From: an uncultured delta proteobacterium
Lineage (GTDB): Bacteria; Desulfobacterota; Binatia; UBA9968
Assembly: GCA_963728565.1 (NCBI GenBank)
Contig: CAVSLC010000001.1
Coordinates: 96,001-160,000 of the forward strand
Length of the DNA stretch: 64,000 nucleotides
Direction: 5' to 3'
Of the stretch, positions 8,144 to 19,667 are shown piece after piece (the stretch's first letter is position 1; every line of letters starts with the position of its first letter). Position numbers and translations under genes: made by a program. Under the pieces are notes generated by a model. That model saw only the letters and a program-made list of their open reading frames with translations, was not told the origin of the DNA and ran no database searches.

Positions 8144-9982
8144 ATGCAGCAGACCAAAGATACCAGGCAACTCACCTGGCTTCTCGCCTGGGCCGTCGTG
8201 TTCTGCGACATCGGCACCTCGGTCTACTATGTGCCGGGAATCCTCTACGGCAACGTCGGCGATGACACGCCCTTCTTTGTCTTACTGACTACCATCGGCT
8301 TCATCCCGCTGGCGCTGAAATATATCGAGATAAGCTGGCGCAATCCGGAAGGCGGCGGCGTGGTGTCCATCACAACCAAAGCTTTGGGACCGATGTGGGG
8401 CTGTCTGGGCGGCATGTTGATCACCACCAGTTATTTTCTAACAGCTGCTATTTCCGCGGTTTCTGGATTTCACTACATCGGCAGCGTAGTTCACTTAATC
8501 GACGCCAATATCGTTCTGTTTGCATGCATCGGTCTGTTGGCCTTGGCTCTTTTGAATATAGTGGGAATTCGCGAAAGCGCCACCGTGGCGCTGGTGATGG
8601 CCGTAGCGGCGCTTGCGGTCGATCTTATCGTGAGCGCGATATCGTTGTGGCAGTTTTCGCCTGCCCAGTGGTGGCAAGCGCTGCGCAGCTTTGCGCCGGG
8701 ACGGACCCTATCGCTTAGAGAACTTCTAGTCGGGTTTGGCGCGGCTTGGCTGGCGTTCTCGGGTTTGGAAAGCATCAGCCAGCTTAGCCCGAACATGCGC
8801 TTTCCGCTCAGGCGCACTGCGAAATGGGCGATGATGGGAGTTATCATTACGACCGTGATCACTTCGCCCCTGCTCACGCTGCTTTCGATCAATTTGCTCC
8901 CAGCCGAGATTAAGGCTACCGAGAGCGAACGATTTATTTCTGAAGTTGCCCTGGTCTCGGGCGGCTTTGGCCTTAGCCTCGCCGTCGTTCTCAGCGCATC
9001 GACGTTGCTCTTGTTTGCGGCCAATACAGCCATCATCGGCGCCTACCATATTTTCCTGGCGCTGACTAATCTTGGCTTCCTGCCGCGCGCCGTCGCGCTG
9101 CGAAGCGCTACTTTTCGTAGTCCTCATATCGCTATCGCCATTGCCACCATTGTCCCCATCGTGGTCATTCTCGCAACCCAGGGGGAGATGGCCCTATTGG
9201 GTGAAATGTATGCGTTCGGACTGCTCGGCGCATTCGTCTTTTCATCTCTCAGCCTTGATGTCATTCGCTGGCGACTAGGGCGGCGCGACCTTGGCTTCTG
9301 GGTCGGAGTACTAACCACGGCGGTAATCCTAATTGCGTGGTGTATCAATCTCGTCGAAAAAGAACTGGCCACCCTATTTGGCGGAGTCTTAACCGCAGTG
9401 GGTATGAGCGTGGCTGTAGGCGTTCGCCGCGCCTGGTTTTTGGATCTGCTTCATAAAGTTCCATGGATCGAGCGCCTTCAGGCGCGCGCCTATATGGCAT
9501 CAGAAGCTCTGGTGGATGAAGAGTTAAGAGGCCTGGTGACTTTAGCCGACGCTGTTGAGCTTAAAGATCTTTATCCGTCGTCAACGCTGCTGGCAGTTCG
9601 GGGAGAAAACCCGCGGCTCGTTCAGGAAGGCATTCGGCGTGCCAAAGGCATGGGCGAAACCGCTCTGTATTGCGTGTACGTGGAGGAATGGCCGGGTCTC
9701 TTCGCCGGCGATACGCCGCACCGGCCCAGTGACGAAGGAGTGATTACCTTACGTTCCGCCCTGCAGGAGATTCGCGGCAAAGGCCTCGAAGCTATCCCTA
9801 TCTGGACGGTTTCTTACAATGCCGCCGAAGCCATAGCCAACGCGGCCAAGGCGCTCGACGTCGATGCTGTCGTTATTGGCGCGTCTCAGCGCTCGGCTTT
9901 TTATCACATGCTGCGCGGTCACGTAGTGAAAGGGCTGATGAAAAAGCTGCCACATGATTGTCATTTGATGATTGTCAACTAG
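8144..9982 (+). CDS. APC-superfamily permease (KimA/KUP-like) with C-terminal universal stress protein domain
   Basis: About 12 hydrophobic segments; DIGTSVYY, NPEGGG, LNIVGIRESA, AFSGLESISQL, YAFGLL. C-terminal USP-like AEAIANAAKALDVDAVVIGASQRS...LRGHVV. Confidence 0.85.
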   Translation: MQQTKDTRQLTWLLAWAVVFCDIGTSVYYVPGILYGNVGDDTPFFVLLTTIGFIPLALKYIEISWRNPEGGGVVSITTKALGPMWGCLGGMLITTSYFLTAAISAVSGFHYIGSVVHLIDANIVLFACIGLLALALLNIVGIRESATVALVMAVAALAVDLIVSAISLWQFSPAQWWQALRSFAPGRTLSLRELLVGFGAAWLAFSGLESISQLSPNMRFPLRRTAKWAMMGVIITTVITSPLLTLLSINLLPAEIKATESERFISEVALVSGGFGLSLAVVLSASTLLLFAANTAIIGAYHIFLALTNLGFLPRAVALRSATFRSPHIAIAIATIVPIVVILATQGEMALLGEMYAFGLLGAFVFSSLSLDVIRWRLGRRDLGFWVGVLTTAVILIAWCINLVEKELATLFGGVLTAVGMSVAVGVRRAWFLDLLHKVPWIERLQARAYMASEALVDEELRGLVTLADAVELKDLYPSSTLLAVRGENPRLVQEGIRRAKGMGETALYCVYVEEWPGLFAGDTPHRPSDEGVITLRSALQEIRGKGLEAIPIWTVSYNAAEAIANAAKALDVDAVVIGASQRSAFYHMLRGHVVKGLMKKLPHDCHLMIVN

Positions 9983-10703
9983 GCTCCGCTACGGCCATCT
10001 CTTCGCTCGCTCGAGCCGAGCTTTCGATCAGACGATGCGATTCTTCGATGCCGAGGTAACGATCAATCATCGAATGACCTAGATACAGTAACGGGGTGAC
10101 TGCGATGGCGATCATCATCTTGTAAGAATAGTTAGTCCCCGCAACGATAAAAAATTCTTCGGTTTTGACCTTGCCGGGCAGCCAAAACGCGATCCCAATG
10201 ATGACGATGCTGTCGATGAGTTGCGAAACCAGAGTTGAGCCCGTCGCTCGCAGCCAGAGATGTTTGCCGCCCGTTCTGTGTCGCACCAGCCAGAATACGC
10301 CGACGTCGACCAATTGACTTATACCAAACGCAATAATGCTGCCGACGATAATCCAAAGAGACTGACCGAAAACCGCCCGAAACTGCGTGTCGTTAACCGG
10401 TGAAAAAGATGCCGCGGGAACCTGAATCGAAAGGTAGAGAATCACAAAGGCATAGGCAATCAGGCAAATTGTCGTCAATGTGAGCCTGCGAACTCCGTCG
10501 CGGCCGAAGTATTCATTGATCAGATCCGTCGTGATAAACACCACCGGCCAGGGAATCACGCCGATGCTCATAGTAAAGGGACCTAGAGTAAAGAGCTTAC
10601 CGCCGGTGAGTTCACCGAGAATGGCATTGGTTACGAAAAATCCGGCGAGAGCGAGATAGAGAATATCTCTTCTGTTCGCCACATCCACAACGGCTCTGTT
10701 CAC
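9975..10703 (-). CDS. Queuosine precursor transporter (YhhQ/VUT family)
   Basis: Motifs FITTDLINEYFG, GSIIAFGISQLVDV, HLWLRATGSTLVSQLIDS. tgt and queA lie nearby. Confidence 0.9.
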   Translation of the reverse strand: MNRAVVDVANRRDILYLALAGFFVTNAILGELTGGKLFTLGPFTMSIGVIPWPVVFITTDLINEYFGRDGVRRLTLTTICLIAYAFVILYLSIQVPAASFSPVNDTQFRAVFGQSLWIIVGSIIAFGISQLVDVGVFWLVRHRTGGKHLWLRATGSTLVSQLIDSIVIIGIAFWLPGKVKTEEFFIVAGTNYSYKMMIAIAVTPLLYLGHSMIDRYLGIEESHRLIESSARASEEMAVAEPS

Positions 10704-10793
10704 GATTTCCTCAAACTGCGCGATCTATCCGGATCTCGCATTGAATAAGCCCTGGCGCAATTAAGCTCACGATTCGACCGCTGAAAGACACAT

Positions 10794-11822
10794 TTACTTC
10801 ATGCCCAAGTTCTTCAAAAAACCTGACTTCGCCAGCGAATCGACAAAAGAGTTATCAAAGAAATCTTTAGGATCGGCGTTCTTTGCGCTGGGAAATTCCT
10901 TGTCGTCAAGATATTCGAACTGAGCTCGGATCGCCTCCGGCCGTACGGCAAGACTCATCGCCCAATAAGGCGCGAAGGCCTCGTAAGTACCGTCGACGGT
11001 CGCCGGATCTTCGATTTTTCCGTATTTGCTAATAGCCTTTTTAGCGATTGCGGGATCTTTTCTTGACGTTACCACGCCTTCGGCGATCGCTTTTAAGAAT
11101 GCGTAAACCGTGTTGGGGTTGTTCTTTAAATATTTTTCCGTCGTGCCATACGCGACTTGGAACGCTGGAATGTTGAGCTTTCCGACGTCGACCAAAAGAT
11201 TGAGCCCCGCTTCTTTCGCTTTGAGCGTGTTGGGCGCGGACAAGGTTCCGGCAGAAGTCTTGCCGCCGAGGACCGAGCTAAGAATCGCCGGAACGCTCTG
11301 CACGTAGAGAATTTGCACATCTTTGTCCGGCGTCAAGCCGTTTTTCTTCAAGGCTTCACGAGTAGCGGTATCCAATGCCGCCCTCGGTGTGCTCGCCGCA
11401 ATGGTTTTTCCCTTCAGATCTTTGAATGACTTGATCTCCTTCGCTCCCCAGATCTGAAACACCAACTGCTGCATCGTGCCGCCGAAATATTTCACCTGAC
11501 CACCCCGCAATCGGGCATTGATCAAGTCCGGGCCATCGGTATAGAAGTCCGCCTCTTCTGATATCACCGCCTGCGCCGAGACTTGCGGCGTCAGGAGTTG
11601 CAGGCTGGCATTCAATCCATATTTTTTAAACAGTCCCGCTTCGTAGGCGACCCAAATTGGCGTAAAAGCGCCGCTGGGCTGAGCATAGGTAACGACGACA
11701 TCCGTTTTTTCCGGCTTAGCTCCGAGTTCCGCGCCAAACGTTCGGCCCGACGCGACGCTCAACATTAACGCAAATAGAACAGACCATCTCGGAGTTTTTT
11801 TTAGTATGCCGTGCCTATCCAT
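10794..11822 (-). CDS. ABC transporter substrate-binding protein, NitT/TauT (NMT1/SsuA-like) family, orphan
   Basis: Signal peptide, PIWVAYEAGLFKKYGL, IKSFKDLKGKTIA, C-terminal FFDNSFVDSL. GAGGAG RBS before ATG 11822. Confidence 0.88.
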   Translation of the reverse strand: MDRHGILKKTPRWSVLFALMLSVASGRTFGAELGAKPEKTDVVVTYAQPSGAFTPIWVAYEAGLFKKYGLNASLQLLTPQVSAQAVISEEADFYTDGPDLINARLRGGQVKYFGGTMQQLVFQIWGAKEIKSFKDLKGKTIAASTPRAALDTATREALKKNGLTPDKDVQILYVQSVPAILSSVLGGKTSAGTLSAPNTLKAKEAGLNLLVDVGKLNIPAFQVAYGTTEKYLKNNPNTVYAFLKAIAEGVVTSRKDPAIAKKAISKYGKIEDPATVDGTYEAFAPYWAMSLAVRPEAIRAQFEYLDDKEFPSAKNADPKDFFDNSFVDSLAKSGFLKNLGMK

Positions 11823-11847
11823 AATAGCTCCTCGCCTACTTTCACAA

Positions 11848-13590
11848 TTACACTTGCGCAGAAGTAACGCTGGCCATCCTCGAGTCCAAGACTTTGAGTT
11901 CAACGGTCGAGTTTCCATTCCATACATTCTCACTCAGTCGGTAAACTAGGTCGACCATCGCACCAGGCCGCGCCGCAAAGTCTTCTTTTACGCCAAAGGC
12001 AACGCCGCTGACAAACCGCCCTGCCTGGCGAAAGCGAAAGCGTGCTCCCAACGAGAAGTCCTTCCGCTCACAGACTTCGATTCCTTGGCTTAAAAAAATC
12101 GGTTCAGGATTGCCCACGCCGAACGGTTTCAAAACATCGATCTCGCGCAAGAGTGGATGGCCGATTTCGGCAAAATTGAGCTGAGCATCGATTTCCAAGA
12201 ACGGCACCAGAGCTTCGTCTGACAGGACAGCGCGCGCCGCTTCGTCGAAAGCCTCGATGAAGCTCGAAAGATTCTCCTCTTTGATCGTCAGGCCGCCGGC
12301 ATACTCATGACCGCCGAATTTTTCCAGGAGATAGCCGCAGCGACGAAGTCCCTCCACCATATGAAAGCCGCGGATGCTGCGCGCCGATCCCTTGCCTTCG
12401 CCTTCCTGAAAACCCAGCACTATGGTTGGACGATGAAATCTCTCCACCACCCGGGAGGCGACAATGCCGAGCACACCAGGGTGCCAGCCTTCGCCGCTCA
12501 ATACTAATGAATATCGCCTGCGCTCAATGACTTTCCCGGCCTGTTCCAGGGCAGTTTGCAGCACCTCCGCCTCCATCGCCCTTCGCTCGCGATTATGCGA
12601 GTCAAGCTCCTGAGCGATTCGCAGCGCCACTTCGGGCGATTCTGTCGTGAGCAGTTCGATGACTTTGATGGCGGCGTCCATCCGTCCGGCGGCGTTGATA
12701 CGCGGTCCCAACTGAAAACCTACCTGCCCGGCAGTGACATCGCCCGGAGCGAATCCGGCGATTTGCTTCAACGCGACAACCCCCGGCCGCGTCGAAGAGC
12801 CGAGCGCTGTCAAACCGCGCTTGACCAGAGTACGATTGACGCCCTTGAGCGGCACCATATCGGCAATAGTTCCCAATGCGACGATATCGAGATGACGACG
12901 AAGGTCGGGATCACCGCAAGCGCGGAACCAGCCTGCGTCACGGAGCCGGGCCCGCAGCGCGATCACCACATAGAAAGCTAAACCTGCGGCGCAAAGTCCT
13001 TTGTCGGGAAACGCACAGTCGCTGCGGTGTGGGTTGACCACCGCTATCGCTGGAGGAAGATGCTCAGGCGGTTGATGATGGTCGACGATAACGATATCGA
13101 CGCCAATTTCACGCGCAGCAGCCACTTCGTTGAAGTTTGAAATTCCCGAATCTACTGTCACCACCAGGCGAACGCCCCGATCTTTAAGTCGCCGCAGCCC
13201 TTCGATGTTGAGGCCGTAGCCTTCCTCAATCCGATGCGGAACATAGAAGATCGTTTCGACGCCGATCTCGCGCAGGAACGAGACGAGCACCGACGCGCCG
13301 GTGGTGCCGTCAACGTCGTAGTCGCCCCAGATGCTGATTGATTCCGATGCCTGAATGGCGCGAACAATCCGGTCCACCGCAGCATCCATGTCGACCATCA
13401 AGAACGGCGATGGCAGATCGGAACGGAGGCTGGAAGAAAGATAGCATTTAGCGGCTTCAATCGCGGTGAGATCGCGCAGCGCAATCACGCGAGCCAACAG
13501 CGCGGATAGCTTAAGCTCCTCACAACATCGATTGACGAAGGCTTGATCGGGTTGTCTAAGAATCCATCTTTTCCGGAGTTCCTCGTGCAT
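11848..13590 (-). CDS. recJ: Single-stranded-DNA exonuclease RecJ
   Basis: GDYDVDG, PHRIEEGYG, DHH motif (IVDHH), LGTIADMVPL, PRINAAGR, GSARS, GGH, PFGVGNPEP. Confidence 0.97.
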   Translation of the reverse strand: MHEELRKRWILRQPDQAFVNRCCEELKLSALLARVIALRDLTAIEAAKCYLSSSLRSDLPSPFLMVDMDAAVDRIVRAIQASESISIWGDYDVDGTTGASVLVSFLREIGVETIFYVPHRIEEGYGLNIEGLRRLKDRGVRLVVTVDSGISNFNEVAAAREIGVDIVIVDHHQPPEHLPPAIAVVNPHRSDCAFPDKGLCAAGLAFYVVIALRARLRDAGWFRACGDPDLRRHLDIVALGTIADMVPLKGVNRTLVKRGLTALGSSTRPGVVALKQIAGFAPGDVTAGQVGFQLGPRINAAGRMDAAIKVIELLTTESPEVALRIAQELDSHNRERRAMEAEVLQTALEQAGKVIERRRYSLVLSGEGWHPGVLGIVASRVVERFHRPTIVLGFQEGEGKGSARSIRGFHMVEGLRRCGYLLEKFGGHEYAGGLTIKEENLSSFIEAFDEAARAVLSDEALVPFLEIDAQLNFAEIGHPLLREIDVLKPFGVGNPEPIFLSQGIEVCERKDFSLGARFRFRQAGRFVSGVAFGVKEDFAARPGAMVDLVYRLSENVWNGNSTVELKVLDSRMASVTSAQV

Positions 13591-13702
13591 AGTTGTCATG
13601 AAGCAAAGGTTAGGAGAGAAATGGACAGCGGTCGGCTGGCCTCAGTATTCAACGGGCAGTTGAACCATTGGAGCTTCTGGTATCGATTGTCCTATGACCA
13701 GA

Positions 13703-14605
13703 TTATTTTTTCACCGGCTTCTTCTTCCACATTAAGATCACCGGACTGGCAATGAAGATCGTCGAATAAACACCGGAGATAAAGCCCACCAAGAGAGTGA
13801 AAGCGAACGGGCGGATTACCGCGCCACCCAAAAGGTAAAGCGAAACAAGCACAAGAAGAGCTGTCCCCGTGGTCAGAATAGTTCGGCTGAGAGTTTCATT
13901 GATGCTTGTGTTGATGATCCCCTCGAGGGTTTCCCGCTTGATCTTGCGCATGTTTTCTCGGATACGATCGCAGATCACCACCGTGTCATTGACGGAAAAT
14001 CCGACGATCGTCAGCAGCGCCGCGATGATGGTCAGGTCAAATTCGTAATTGGCTAACATGAGAGCGCCTACCGCGACGAGAACGTCATGCACCAGAGCAA
14101 TCACGGCGCCAATACCGAATCGAAAATCGAAGCGAAACCAGATGTAGACGCCCATCATGATCGTCGCGACGATGACGGATAAGGCGCCGCGTTGGCGCAG
14201 ATCTTGGCCGATTTTCGGACCCACGGATTCGATTCGACGCACCTCGAATTGGTCAGCGCCGAACTGATCGGTTAAAACTTTTTTGATCTGCTCACCGAGC
14301 ACGCCGATCTCAACCGAGGTCTGGTCCAGGCGAACAAGGTACTCGTTCGATCCGGGTTGACCAAAATCTTGTATAACGCTTCCACCGAGATCCATGTTTT
14401 CGAATGCCTGACGAACGTCCGGGATGGTCACGTTTTGCTGAAACTTGAGGTGCACCATCGTACCACCCGCAAAGTCGACCCCTAAATGAGGACCCTTCAC
14501 AAACAGCATGATCAAAACGGCAAGGTTCACGATCGTCGAGATGATAATCGCAATCTTACGATAGCGGGTAAATGGAATCTTTAACCCAGGTCTGATGAGC
14601 TCCAT
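13703..14605 (-). CDS. secF: Protein translocase subunit SecF
   Basis: LGVDFAGGT, ESVGP, GFSVNDTVVICDRIREN, SINETLSRT, GVYSTIFIASP. Confidence 0.97.
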   Translation of the reverse strand: MELIRPGLKIPFTRYRKIAIIISTIVNLAVLIMLFVKGPHLGVDFAGGTMVHLKFQQNVTIPDVRQAFENMDLGGSVIQDFGQPGSNEYLVRLDQTSVEIGVLGEQIKKVLTDQFGADQFEVRRIESVGPKIGQDLRQRGALSVIVATIMMGVYIWFRFDFRFGIGAVIALVHDVLVAVGALMLANYEFDLTIIAALLTIVGFSVNDTVVICDRIRENMRKIKRETLEGIINTSINETLSRTILTTGTALLVLVSLYLLGGAVIRPFAFTLLVGFISGVYSTIFIASPVILMWKKKPVKK

Positions 14606-14611
14606 ACTTCC

Positions 14612-16213
14612 TCAAATGCTGACCCGCGCGAGCCTGCGAGAATCCGCGCGGTAATCGTAATAAATCCGGGTCAGGTAAACCGCGGTGATTACTGTGGTGA
14701 GAATCCCGACGCAAAGTGTAACGGCAAAGCCTTTGATGGGGCCGGTGCCGAATTGAAACAAGATCACGCCGGAAAGGAAAGTCGTAACGTTGGAATCCAG
14801 GATAGCCGGGAGCGCATTCTGGTAGCCTGCCTCGACAGCCGAACGCGGCGCGCGTCCGGCTCGAAGCTCCTCGCGGATGCGTTCATTGATCAAAACGTTG
14901 GCGTCCACGGCCATGCCGACGGTGAGAACGATACCGGCGATGCCGGGTAGGGTTAAGACTGCTTGGAAGCCTGCCAGAATTGCAATCAGGAACAGGACAT
15001 TGAACAGCAACGCCACCACCGCGACCACGCCCGCGCCCTTGTAGTAGGCGATCATGAAAACAATCACCAAGGCGCCGCCAATGATGAAAGAATTGACCCC
15101 TTGTCGGATGGAGTCTTGGCCAAGGGATGGGCCCACCGTTCGTTCTTCGACAATCTCGACCGGAGCGGGAAGCGCGCCAGCGCGCAGGACGATCGCCAGA
15201 TCGCGCGCCTCTTTGATGTCGAAGCTGCCGGTAATCGAGGCTCTTCCGCCGCCGATTCGTTCCTGAATAACCGGCGCTGAGTAAACCCGGTTATCGAGAA
15301 CGATTGCCAAGCGCCGGCGAACATTGGCGCCGGTAATTTGTTCGAATAGGCGTGAGCCGCTGGCGTTCAAGATCAGTTCCACATAAGGTCCCTGCAGTTG
15401 AGTGCTCGGCCGCACCCGCGCATCAGCGATATATTCACCGGTCATGAGCGTACGTGATTCCACGACATAGGCTGTTCTGGGCGCGCCGCTGCCGCCCTCG
15501 CCTTTGTCACCGTAACCATAGAGAACCTGACGTCCCGGCGGGGGACCGGTGCGGATCGCGCTTTCGACATCGGCATTGTCATCGACTAATTTGAACTCGA
15601 GCAGAGCCGTCTTACCGATAATCTCCTTGGCCCGATCCGGGTCCTGAATTCCCGGCAGTTGGATGAGAAGATCCTGTTGTCCCTGACGTTGAATGATCGG
15701 CTCGCTGACGCCGAACTGATCGATTCGATTCCGTATAGTCTCGAGGGATTGATCAACCGCAAAGTCGCGCACCGCGCGCAGCTCTTCTTTGCTGAGGGTT
15801 AGGGAGAACTCAGTTGTGCCGGCTGTCGTCTGAGTATTGACCACGGCCAGATTAGGAAAATCTCCCTTCAGAACCCCGCGCACCCGTTCGACACTCTCTG
15901 CCGGCGCTCTTACCTGGAGTTGCGTTCCCTGAACACGCTCGACAGAAATATTGGAGATACCGCGTTCACGAAAAAGATTAAGGAGATCATTCCTGACCCG
16001 TTCGATGTTGTGCTCAACCGCTTTGTCAACTTGCACTTCCAGGACTAAATGAGTGCCGCCTTGCAAGTCCAATCCCAAATGGATCTTCTCCGAAGGCAGA
16101 ATACTGCTCCACCACGACGGCAAGGGATCAACGAAGTTCGGAAGCAGGTAAATGATCGCAGCCAGAGCCGCACCCGCAAACATAATGAAACGAGCCAAAA
16201 CACCCCGCCGCAT
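14612..16213 (-). CDS. secD: Protein translocase subunit SecD
   Basis: LGLDLQGG, NRIDQFGVSEP, LRAGALPAP, GMAVDANVLINERIREEL, GTGPIKGFA. Confidence 0.97.
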   Translation of the reverse strand: MRRGVLARFIMFAGAALAAIIYLLPNFVDPLPSWWSSILPSEKIHLGLDLQGGTHLVLEVQVDKAVEHNIERVRNDLLNLFRERGISNISVERVQGTQLQVRAPAESVERVRGVLKGDFPNLAVVNTQTTAGTTEFSLTLSKEELRAVRDFAVDQSLETIRNRIDQFGVSEPIIQRQGQQDLLIQLPGIQDPDRAKEIIGKTALLEFKLVDDNADVESAIRTGPPPGRQVLYGYGDKGEGGSGAPRTAYVVESRTLMTGEYIADARVRPSTQLQGPYVELILNASGSRLFEQITGANVRRRLAIVLDNRVYSAPVIQERIGGGRASITGSFDIKEARDLAIVLRAGALPAPVEIVEERTVGPSLGQDSIRQGVNSFIIGGALVIVFMIAYYKGAGVVAVVALLFNVLFLIAILAGFQAVLTLPGIAGIVLTVGMAVDANVLINERIREELRAGRAPRSAVEAGYQNALPAILDSNVTTFLSGVILFQFGTGPIKGFAVTLCVGILTTVITAVYLTRIYYDYRADSRRLARVSI

Positions 16214-16215
16214 GG

Positions 16216-16551
16216 CTACTCCTTTGAATCCTTTGCCATCGTTTTTTCGCCCGTCAGTACGGCAGAAATTTGTGGCCGGTTGACGCGGATCCGCACGTTG
16301 GGTGCGATCTCCAGAGTGACGATGTTATCGGTCAGGGCCGTAACTTTACCGTAAATTCCTCCCGAGGTCATCACCTCGTCGTTCTTTTTGAGCTTGCTCA
16401 GCATCTGTTGATGCTCTTTAGACTTCTTCTGCTGCGGCCGAATCAGCAAGAAATAGAAAATGATGAAAACCAGCACCAGCGGCAAAAAGCTGATCAACTG
16501 GCTCGGACTGCCAACACCCGGAGCGGTTTGAGCAAATGCAATGTCGAACAT
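16216..16551 (-). CDS. yajC: Preprotein translocase subunit YajC
   Basis: FYFLLIRPQQKK and DEVMTSGGIYGKV. GGAGG RBS; lies between tgt and secD. Confidence 0.96.
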   Translation of the reverse strand: MFDIAFAQTAPGVGSPSQLISFLPLVLVFIIFYFLLIRPQQKKSKEHQQMLSKLKKNDEVMTSGGIYGKVTALTDNIVTLEIAPNVRIRVNRPQISAVLTGEKTMAKDSKE

Positions 16552-16579
16552 AATTCCTCCTGTAACTTCTCCTCGCAGA

Positions 16580-17734
<1,155 letters not shown>

Positions 17735-17773
17735 TCAGCAAGAATCATCTAGCGCCGCCGCACCATCATGCTT

Positions 17774-18808
17774 TCACAAAATCAGCATGGCATCGCCATA
17801 GCTGTAAAATCGGTAGCGCTTTTGGATGGCTTCGGCATATGCTTTACGGATCAACTCCAGGCCGGCAAGAGCGGTGACGATTAACAGGGGAGTCGATCGC
17901 GGCAGGTGAAAATTGGTTATCAAAGCATCGATGACTCGGAATCGGTCGCCCGGACGTATAAAGAGTCGCGCAATCCCCTCATCCGCCTCCACCTTGCCTT
18001 TCTGCAGTGCCACCCATTCCAGCGTGCGGGTGGTGGTCGATCCCACCGCCACCACACGGCGGCCAGCGTCCTTGGCGCGCTGAATCTTAGAGGCCGCTTC
18101 GGCCGGAAGAACGTAACGTTCGCCTTCCATCCGATGGCTTTCGACTTTCTCGCTACGTATCGGTTCGAAAGTACCTGGGCCGACATGCAGCGTCAACAGA
18201 GCCCTATGGACTCCTTGCGCGTCCAACCTGTCGAGCAACTCCGGAGTGAAGTGAAATCCCGCGGTAGGAGCCGCTATAGCCCCGGAATGGGCCGCATAGA
18301 TCGTTTGATATCGCTGCCAATCCAAGCCCGCAGCAGCGCGACGGCGCCGCACGTAGGGGGGTAACGGGGGCTCGCCGATTGCGGCTAGTTGCGCATCAAA
18401 ATCCCCACTATGATGAAATTCCAAGCCAAAGCGGCCGCGACCGATATCGCCAATCACCTCGGCGGTTACGCCGGCGAAAATAAGTCGGCTTCCTACCTTG
18501 GGCTTTTTGGCGGCATTGATTAACGCAATCCAAAGACTGCGCTTATCAGGGAAGCGCTCGAGCAACAGGACTTCCACCTTCCCGCCGCTTTCCTTAGCGC
18601 CGTGCAACCGTGCGGGAAATACCCGGGTATCATTGAGAACCAGCACATCGCCGGGGTCGAGAAAATTGCCCAATTCGGAAAAATGCGTGTGAATGAGCTC
18701 GCCGCTCTGTCGGCGGATGACGAGCAGGCGAGAGTCTTCCCGATTGCCGCTGGGAAATGCCGCAATGAGAGATTCGGGGAGCTCATAGGAAAACTCTTGA
18801 ACATCCAT
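17774..18808 (-). CDS. queA: S-adenosylmethionine:tRNA ribosyltransferase-isomerase QueA
   Basis: LVLNDTRVFPARL, PLPPY, YQTIYA, AAPTAGFHF, LHVGPGTF, TNFHLPRS, YRFYSYGDAMLI. Confidence 0.98.
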   Translation of the reverse strand: MDVQEFSYELPESLIAAFPSGNREDSRLLVIRRQSGELIHTHFSELGNFLDPGDVLVLNDTRVFPARLHGAKESGGKVEVLLLERFPDKRSLWIALINAAKKPKVGSRLIFAGVTAEVIGDIGRGRFGLEFHHSGDFDAQLAAIGEPPLPPYVRRRRAAAGLDWQRYQTIYAAHSGAIAAPTAGFHFTPELLDRLDAQGVHRALLTLHVGPGTFEPIRSEKVESHRMEGERYVLPAEAASKIQRAKDAGRRVVAVGSTTTRTLEWVALQKGKVEADEGIARLFIRPGDRFRVIDALITNFHLPRSTPLLIVTALAGLELIRKAYAEAIQKRYRFYSYGDAMLIL

Positions 18809-18890
18809 TTCAATGGAGCGGCAAAGCACTACCTGGCGAAAGCAATCTTCAACGCCGCCGAAACAAACATCGCGGCGCTCAGTTGGATCA

Positions 18891-19649
18891 TCAAGTCTGA
18901 TTGGATTTGTTGAGAAACGGCGCCAACAGATCTATGGGCACAGGGAAGATGGTTGTAGAATTTTTTTCTGAGGCTATTTCCACCAGGCTCTGGAGAAAAC
19001 GCAGCTGTAACGCCATCGGCTGTTTCGACATGACTTCGGCGGCGTCCAAGAGTTTCTGCGATGCTTGAAATTCGCCCTCGGCATGAATCACTTTCGCGCG
19101 CCGTTCCCTCTCTGCTTCCGCTTGTTTGGCCATCGCGCGCTGCATCTCCTGAGGCAGATCGATGTGCTTGAGCTCAACTAGCACGACCTTTATTCCCCAC
19201 GGATCGGTCTGCTTATCCAAGATATCCTGGATGCGGGTGTTGATCTTCTCTCGTTCAGCCAGAAGCTCGTCAAGCTCTCCCTGACCGCAAACACTGCGCA
19301 GAGTGACTTGCGCAAGCTGCGAGGTCGCAAAAAGATAGTTTTCCACTTCTCTGACCGCTAGATTCGGATCCAGCACCCTGAAATAAAGCACCGCATTGAC
19401 TTTCACCGAAACATTGTCTCGAGTAATCACGTCCTGGGGTGGAATATCCATGGTCACGGTGCGCAAATCCATCTTGACCATCTTTTCAATCCCCGGAATG
19501 ATATAGACCAATCCTGGCCCGCGCGCGCCGACCATTCGGCCAAGCCGAAACACCACGCCGCGTTCGTACTCCTTGAGAACCTTCACGCCACTGATGATCG
19601 CGGCGAGGATGATGATTAAAAACGTAATCGGGGCGCCTATTCCGAACAT
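18891..19649 (-). CDS. SPFH/slipin (stomatin-like) membrane protein
   Basis: [47 protein letters not shown]. Lies downstream of nfeD. Confidence 0.95.
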   Translation of the reverse strand: MFGIGAPITFLIIILAAIISGVKVLKEYERGVVFRLGRMVGARGPGLVYIIPGIEKMVKMDLRTVTMDIPPQDVITRDNVSVKVNAVLYFRVLDPNLAVREVENYLFATSQLAQVTLRSVCGQGELDELLAEREKINTRIQDILDKQTDPWGIKVVLVELKHIDLPQEMQRAMAKQAEAERERRAKVIHAEGEFQASQKLLDAAEVMSKQPMALQLRFLQSLVEIASEKNSTTIFPVPIDLLAPFLNKSNQT

Positions 19650-19667
19650 ATTCTCTCCTCCGCTAAG

